Assembly (NCBI GenBank): GCA_030141605.1
Contig: JAQGDQ010001399.1
Location: forward strand, 25,555 to 42,694
From: Tubiluchus corallicola
Lineage: Eukaryota; Animalia; Priapulida
Reading direction: 5' to 3'
Length of the DNA stretch: 17,140 bases
In this document: one piece after another, positions 11,089 to 17,140 of the stretch
Layout of the letters: each line of letters begins with the position of its first letter
Position numbering within the stretch: position 1 is the first letter of the stretch
Translations under genes and position numbers: made by a program
Notes under the pieces: generated by a model
What the model was told of the DNA's origin: nothing
The model's database searches: none
The model's input: only the letters and a program-made list of their open reading frames with translations

Positions 11089-11833
11089 GATTGATACGAA
11101 ATATCAAGTGCAAAAGTGTTGTATACGTATTTATAGTCTTGATTTTGGAATGCTAAAATTGAGTTTAAGCACATGATACCAGAATAGTGGTCGTTCGAAC
11201 TAAGGGCGCCTGCAGGCGAACGCACTGACGCAGGTGCATTCACAGAATTTCTTAAGAAACATTTTTAAGGCCAAATAAAGTTTTTTCGCGGCAAACCAAA
11301 ACACACCAACCACTTGCTTGTTTGTGCAATCCCTGAGCAGTCAACTGATTTGCATAGCAAACTTATGTTTATGTATATCACTTACACAGTGTCCGTTCTC
11401 TTATCGATTTTCGTTGTCTAGACACTGTCCAGTATTGTCTCAATTGTCTAGTAGACAGTTTTTAACTAACTGTAACTGCACTTCTCACTCTAACGCAGAC
11501 AAACCGAAATATCACTCACGCAAATATATTAAATTTTTAAACGGTGGGTGTGCTGCTATCAACTTTAACAGTCTGAAATCAGTTTCGTGCTTTACTATCC
11601 ACATTTTGCTAGCTAGATAATCTTGACACTAAATAAATTAAGCTCAAGTAATGGGTGTAGTACGAACATGCTTTTAAGACATATAACTACTATAATAGAG
11701 TTCAATGATTTTTACCTAGGTAAATGTAGGTAAAACGCATTTATTAAAGCTGAATTTTTCACGCAGATATTTGACGAAGTCTATGTACCAGAATGCGTGT
11801 GTTTGTGTACGTGTGCGTGTGGGTGCGTGCACG

Positions 11834-11876
<43 letters not shown>

Positions 11877-12427
11877 GGGAGAGAGAGAAACCGCGACTAG
11901 CCGGAGATAGAGGAGGCGAGAAGAGGAAAGAATCTCTCACATCCAAGCCATTATATACAAACAGATCTATAACAACAGTAAATAGTGTTTAAAACGACAT
12001 AATATTATCCCGTCAATTGGGCAGGTAAACAAGTGCTTCGCATACCACACTAATTTAAGATTCTATTATTTATCACATCATGATGATACGCCAACATTTC
12101 ATTGGCTAAGTAACACTGAACTACATTAACTTTTATGGTAACATTCGAGAGTTGGAGAATTGTGCAAAAGTTACATTAACTACTACTAAAATCAAGCAAT
12201 GCCCACTAGTATTGGAACTTCATTTTCTGGTTTTACAGGAAGATTTAGTTACATGCTTTCGAAGTAGTAGCAGGATGCTCCAAGTACTATTTAATGTGAC
12301 AAAATAGTCAATTTTAGCCTTTTCATGGAGTTATTGTGGCCGTTCTTTATGTGTGTGCTATTGATACAAGAGTCAGCAGTCTTGATTTGTTGGTGTCAAG
12401 CCTAACGAGCTTTAAAATTATTTCTTT
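11089..12427 (+). repeat. Long inverted repeat, left arm (intron 2); outer boundary undetermined
   Basis: Reverse complement of 15802-17140. Paired coordinates sum to 28229 throughout, so there are no indels. Mirror ORFs in the track are identical. The only mismatches I found are at 11233, 11239 and 11240. Confidence 0.97.
11836..11873. repeat. (TG)19 microsatellite within left arm
   Basis: Read directly; flanked by degenerate GT/GC repeats and a short GA run. Confidence 0.95.
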
Positions 12428-13334
12428 CTTGTAATTTACGATCGCAGGAATTTATTTACAATTTGTCCCAGTGGCAAACAGTGATCATTTTATAACAGTG
12501 CCTTATATTTTGGTATTAGTATATCCAGTGACTCATTACTAGAGCATAATGTGGCTTCATTATTATTTGAAACAGCTGAAAACGTTACCCCATAAAATTT
12601 AGCACCGTTCATAATAGTAACTATTAATATGAATAGATAAGTAGCTGCACACTGCAAAAGAATTTTGCACACAAACCCACAATTACAAGCCACGCACACC
12701 ACATTCATTAAATCGCATCAAAATATATTGCCACGTCATCTACACCACATCTCCCGCACCTCCCCAATATTGTCACATTCGATCCCAATTGCGACGGCGA
12801 ACCCAGTGAAGCCATGTAAAAACATTTCCTGCAATTTTGAAACTGTGCTTGATTAAAACGTTATTAGACCTGTTAGTCAATAATCGATAGTGTGTAGACA
12901 CTATTTGTTAGGAAATTCTACAAGTATAAACATTATATATTATGTAATATTATATAAATAAAAATATATTATAAATAAAACAGAATGCTGCTATTTGACA
13001 ACAGGCTGTTTAGTCTTTGGATGATTGTAAATAGATGCTCCAGGTTGGGAGCCAGTGTATCCCAGGCATTATAAACTTTACATTTACTTTTAGCAGAATT
13101 ATGTTTAGCAGCCACCTTAACGCCAATGAATCAGAAGACGGCACTGGTTGGGCTGTAGCCAGTTGACGATCCAGTGTTCGATCACTAGACTAAGGTGCTC
13201 AATAGGCTAAGTTGGAGTGGCCGAAAAAGTGTGTGATTTTCTTAATAGAGCGATTGGATAGGTACTTCTGAATAGAACAGTATCTGATTGTAATCATTTA
13301 GTTATATCTGTGCTCGTACAGTAGCAGAAAAGTC

Positions 13335-13354
13335 ATAGGTCTTATAAGACCTAT
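13335..13354. repeat. Perfect 20-bp palindrome ATAGGTCTTATAAGACCTAT
   Basis: The sequence equals its own reverse complement; the flanking bases do not pair. Confidence 0.9.
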
Positions 13355-13810
13355 TTTGAATGGTGCGGTCCTGAAGGAGTTACCTGCCATCTCAAACAAG
13401 GTGACTTTTCGTTTCTCAATATCTATTTCTCTGAGAGGAGACAAGATGGTTTTTGCTGTTTTAGAAGTAGCTGTGAAGCTTCGTCTCGTTTGAAAATGCT
13501 GCCCACGTCTGTTGTTAGTGAAATTACTGAAGTACGGGCATCCAGAGCTATCAGAATCCAGTTGAGCTTGAGGATGATTAACACTGTTGCTGCTGAATAG
13601 TTAGAACAAGGAACCTTTCTCACTACCTCCACCATTTTTATGTCTCCAGATCAATTAACAATTCTGGATAAAAAGACCAATCCTTGAAAGATTAGTTTGA
13701 AAAAGCTTTCTAATCTTTCTTTTTGTCCACATGTGGATGAACTGTCTGTGGTGTGCTGGGTCAAGTTAAAAGAAATCATCTATTCCGTATTCCTGACAAA
13801 TTACTTTATT

Positions 13811-13812
<2 letters not shown>

Positions 13813-13852
<40 letters not shown>
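13813..13852. repeat. (TA)20 microsatellite abutting the exon 3 splice acceptor
   Basis: 40 nt of TA immediately followed by TTGCAG| and exon 3. Confidence 0.95.
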
Positions 13853-13855
<3 letters not shown>

Positions 13856-13858
13856 CAG

Positions 13859-13986
13859 GTATACAGATATCCCCGGAACAGTATGAACAACAGATACAAA
13901 CCACACAAGACAATTAAAACTGAAGCAATATTTTCATTAGATGACGATCTTCGAATCAAGCACGTAGAAATTGTGTTTGCTTTTAG
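13859..13986 (+). CDS. EXTL3: EXTL3-like coding exon 3, GT64 domain with DxD motif
   Basis: Acceptor TTGCAG| ends at 13858 and donor TTAG|GTAAGT starts at 13987. The exon is 128 nt, phase 0 to 2, and reads VYRYPRNSMNNRYKPHKTIKTEAIFSLDDDLRIKHVEIVFAFR (exostosin NS.NNR..P...I.TEA..S.DDD motif). Confidence 0.92.
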
Positions 13987-14168
13987 GTAAGTAAACCCTG
14001 GTGGCGTCATTGGACGAAATAGTTCATTCACGAAGACCATGCCAAGGCAAAAAGACCTGAGCAATGGCACAACTTTTGAATGGCAATAGAAATCTATAGA
14101 TTCCACACCACATCACCAAAACCACACTATACCATGACACCCACACCGCACCATGTAAACTATGCCAA

Positions 14169-14261
14169 TTTGACATACAGATCGCCGAGAATTCGAGAAC
14201 GGTGCCGTCGTCGGAACTGTAGCCCCATTGGTATATATATATATATATATATATATGTGTG
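14169..14261 (+). repeat. Dispersed repeat end motif followed by (TA)12(TG)3
   Basis: TTTGACATACAGATCGCCGAGAATTCGAGAACGGTGCCGTCGTCGGAACTGTAGCC followed by a compound microsatellite; a diverged copy of 5655-5738 with an 8-nt internal duplication. Confidence 0.75.
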
Positions 14262-14309
14262 ATGTGGCATGGTTCGCGTTTCTATGCTGCACTGGTTTCT
14301 TCTACAGCC

Positions 14310-14740
14310 AGCGCTTCATTGTATTTTGTATTTTGCTCCAGGCCTCATGTTCACCTTTACAATTTGAGCATTTCACATTTGCCTTCAAACAATCTGATGT
14401 TTTGTGATTTTGCCAAAATTTGGCACAGACAGTTTTCGATTTACACCACTTCGCGAGTTGGTGGAACTTATAGCAATTAAAATACGGTATGGTATATTTT
14501 TGGCATTAACTTTTCAACTTGACAGTACATATTTCCGATCGCCATTCCCTCGGATATTGCTCTGTCTAGTTCACTAGAGAGCTTAAAAATCACCTTTACT
14601 AATGTTAGCGCTGTTCCGTCTTTTTTTCCAAATCTTTCAATTTTGGCTACGTCATAAAAGCGGCGTAATTCAAACTCTACATCGTCGTCAGACAACTAGG
14701 TGTCACAATCTCGATTTAACTCTGTAACATTTTCGTTGCT
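14310..14740 (-). mobile_element. Decayed LINE ORF1 (gag-like: RRM-like region plus three CCHC zinc knuckles; Jockey/I-group style) in intron 3
   Basis: ORF 14695-14477 (KIERFGKKDG..TLVKVIF....LDRAISEGMAIGNMYCQVE) continues after a frameshift as YFNCYKFHQLAKWCKSKTVCAKFWQNHKTSDCLKANVKCSNCKGEHEAWSK. This is a triple CX2CX3-4HX4C-type knuckle with several ligands mutated. Confidence 0.75.
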
Positions 14741-14881
14741 TTAAAATATCCAAAGACTAAGCCAGCAGATCAAGTTATTTATTTATCTCTTATTTGTTTT
14801 ATCTAGTATTCCGTGCATTAATTTAAATATAAAATAATGACAACAAAGAAAGTAGCTTAACCACAGTGTTTTACATTTTAG

Positions 14882-15026
14882 GGTGTGGCAAGAGCAACGT
14901 TATAGAATAGTTGGATTTGAAGGACGATCACATATGTGGAATTATGAAAACAAAACTTGGGAGTATACTTGGGGGCCGACCTGTCAACTGTCCATGGTTT
15001 TAAGTGGTGCTGCGTTTTTCCATAAG
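14882..15026 (+). CDS. EXTL3: EXTL3-like coding exon 4, GT64 domain; gene expected to continue beyond the window
   Basis: Not in the ORF track; translated by hand. Acceptor TTTTACATTTTAG| ends at 14881 and donor AAG|GTAAAA starts at 15027. The exon is 145 nt, phase 2 to 0, and reads (R)[48 protein letters not shown], matching VW...R.RIVGF.GR.H.W...W.Y....C.LSMVL.GAAFFHK. Confidence 0.92.
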
Positions 15027-15175
15027 GTAAAATGGTAACTGTTGTATTGGAAAAAGGGAAACGACAAATCCAACGAATTCTACTTTAAATATAACTACAA
15101 AAATTTAAACTTGTTTACAGTATTCAACTGTTGGTCAGAATCTGAATGTTTCCAAAGATTGTGATAGCAACAACT

Positions 15176-15193
15176 TAGATAGATAGATAGATA
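15176..15193. repeat. (TAGA)4 tetranucleotide microsatellite
   Basis: Read directly. Confidence 0.85.
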
Positions 15194-15801
15194 TTTTAAA
15201 AAAGTCAAATTTTTTAAACAAAAATCATCGCGCACCCGATTGCTTTATCAGCGGACTGAGTTCGGCTAAAGATTTTCAGATTATGCTAACCCTTTGACCC
15301 AGCATAGCTGCACAAGGTTAAATTTAGTTTGCTCGAAATAAACTTCATTTGTACGTTTTTCTCCCTTTAAGTGAAGGCATGCCAAGTCCCAACAAACACA
15401 CGTCGTTTGTGGTACAAGTTCAAATCCCCAGTAGAGCTTTAATAGTAGTACCTTCCGCGACCTCACCGATACACGCACTGCCACATTTCCAGGCTTCGAC
15501 CCATAATGTATGGACACCAACTTGTTCCCTAACTACAGCTTGGGGCGACCCATATTGAGTAAAAATAGCTCCCGAAAAAAGTGTAGTCTCTGTAATTCAA
15601 CACGCACACATTTTTAACTACAAGACCTACCCTGTCCGCCAGAGAACCGTTATGTAAAGGTGCCAGTAATGTGCTTAAGTTTCTGAAAAACTTAAGATTT
15701 TGAAACTTCGGAGCATTCAGGATGACCTCGTCCTTCTCAGGCAGCGGATGTATTCCTACTAAATCTATTCTGTGACATAGGTACTCAATGCTAGTTTGAA
15801 T

Positions 15802-16352
15802 AAAGAAATAATTTTAAAGCTCGTTAGGCTTGACACCAACAAATCAAGACTGCTGACTCTTGTATCAATAGCACACACATAAAGAACGGCCACAATAACT
15901 CCATGAAAAGGCTAAAATTGACTATTTTGTCACATTAAATAGTACTTGGAGCATCCTGCTACTACTTCGAAAGCATGTAACTAAATCTTCCTGTAAAACC
16001 AGAAAATGAAGTTCCAATACTAGTGGGCATTGCTTGATTTTAGTAGTAGTTAATGTAACTTTTGCACAATTCTCCAACTCTCGAATGTTACCATAAAAGT
16101 TAATGTAGTTCAGTGTTACTTAGCCAATGAAATGTTGGCGTATCATCATGATGTGATAAATAATAGAATCTTAAATTAGTGTGGTATGCGAAGCACTTGT
16201 TTACCTGCCCAATTGACGGGATAATATTATGTCGTTTTAAACACTATTTACTGTTGTTATAGATCTGTTTGTATATAATGGCTTGGATGTGAGAGATTCT
16301 TTCCTCTTCTCGCCTCCTCTATCTCCGGCTAGTCGCGGTTTCTCTCTCTCCC

Positions 16353-16395
<43 letters not shown>

Positions 16396-17140
16396 CGTGC
16401 ACGCACCCACACGCACACGTACACAAACACACGCATTCTGGTACATAGACTTCGTCAAATATCTGCGTGAAAAATTCAGCTTTAATAAATGCGTTTTACC
16501 TACATTTACCTAGGTAAAAATCATTGAACTCTATTATAGTAGTTATATGTCTTAAAAGCATGTTCGTACTACACCCATTACTTGAGCTTAATTTATTTAG
16601 TGTCAAGATTATCTAGCTAGCAAAATGTGGATAGTAAAGCACGAAACTGATTTCAGACTGTTAAAGTTGATAGCAGCACACCCACCGTTTAAAAATTTAA
16701 TATATTTGCGTGAGTGATATTTCGGTTTGTCTGCGTTAGAGTGAGAAGTGCAGTTACAGTTAGTTAAAAACTGTCTACTAGACAATTGAGACAATACTGG
16801 ACAGTGTCTAGACAACGAAAATCGATAAGAGAACGGACACTGTGTAAGTGATATACATAAACATAAGTTTGCTATGCAAATCAGTTGACTGCTCAGGGAT
16901 TGCACAAACAAGCAAGTGGTTGGTGTGTTTTGGTTTGCCGCGAAAAAACTTTATTTGGCCTTAAAAATGTTTCTTAAGAAATTCTGTGGGTGCACGTGCG
17001 TCAGTGCGTTCGCCTGCAGGCGCCCTTAGTTCGAACGACCACTATTCTGGTATCATGTGCTTAAACTCAATTTTAGCATTCCAAAATCAAGACTATAAAT
17101 ACGTATACAACACTTTTGCACTTGATATTTCGTATCAATC
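15802..17140 (-). repeat. Long inverted repeat, right arm (intron 4); runs off the window end
   Basis: Reverse complement of 11089-12427. The match begins abruptly at 15802 (AAAGAAATAATTTTAAAGCTCG) and is still perfect at base 17140. Confidence 0.97.
16356..16393. repeat. (CA)19 microsatellite within right arm
   Basis: Read directly; same length as the left-arm tract. Confidence 0.95.

Noticed and set aside
11318-11992. ORFs of 73-100 aa in the repeat arms (and mirrors 16237-16911), including THTHTH/VCVCVC runs
   Set aside because: They are microsatellite translations or short non-ATG ORFs with no recognisable domain, and they are identical only because of the duplication.
13020-13640. Possible decayed LINE-derived coding sequence on the minus strand (LREIDIEKRK; YNAWDTL)
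   Set aside because: Only vague resemblance, with no diagnostic motif series.
15230-15520. Minus-strand VQLCWVKG..(N..ADKA) resembling retroelement RNase H
   Set aside because: The conserved His is missing, a frameshift is needed, and upstream RNase H motifs are not evident; too weak without a profile search.
1-17140. CRISPR arrays, tRNA/rRNA genes, operons or other prokaryotic systems
   Set aside because: No regularly spaced repeat-spacer array or RNA-gene signature was seen; spliceosomal introns, LINEs and microsatellites indicate animal nuclear DNA.

Overview
AT-rich metazoan genomic DNA; nothing here looks prokaryotic. The main feature is a multi-exon + strand exostosin-like gene of the EXTL3/brother-of-tout-velu type, with a GT47 exostosin domain and a GT64 domain. 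Four coding exons have canonical GT-AG junctions and compatible phases: 6986-8480, 9592-9746, 13859-13986 and 14882-15026. Together they give 641 codons, and the C-terminal exons should lie beyond the window. Upstream (1.1-4.8 kb) is a cluster of decayed retroelements: a CR1/L2-type LINE ORF2, a BEL/Pao protease remnant and a second LINE RT fragment. These are followed by a ~270 bp imperfect direct repeat carrying CRE palindromes. The most striking structure is an almost perfect inverted repeat of at least 1339 bp (11089-12427 and 15802-17140). It has no indels, I found only 3 mismatches, and it runs off the window end. It brackets exons 3 and 4, a 273-nt phase-0/phase-0 cassette that carries the catalytic DxD motif. 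This layout could support back-splicing to a stop-free circRNA, in-frame skipping, long dsRNA formation or DNA inversion. All of these are inferences, and an assembly artefact or two young transposon copies must be excluded first.
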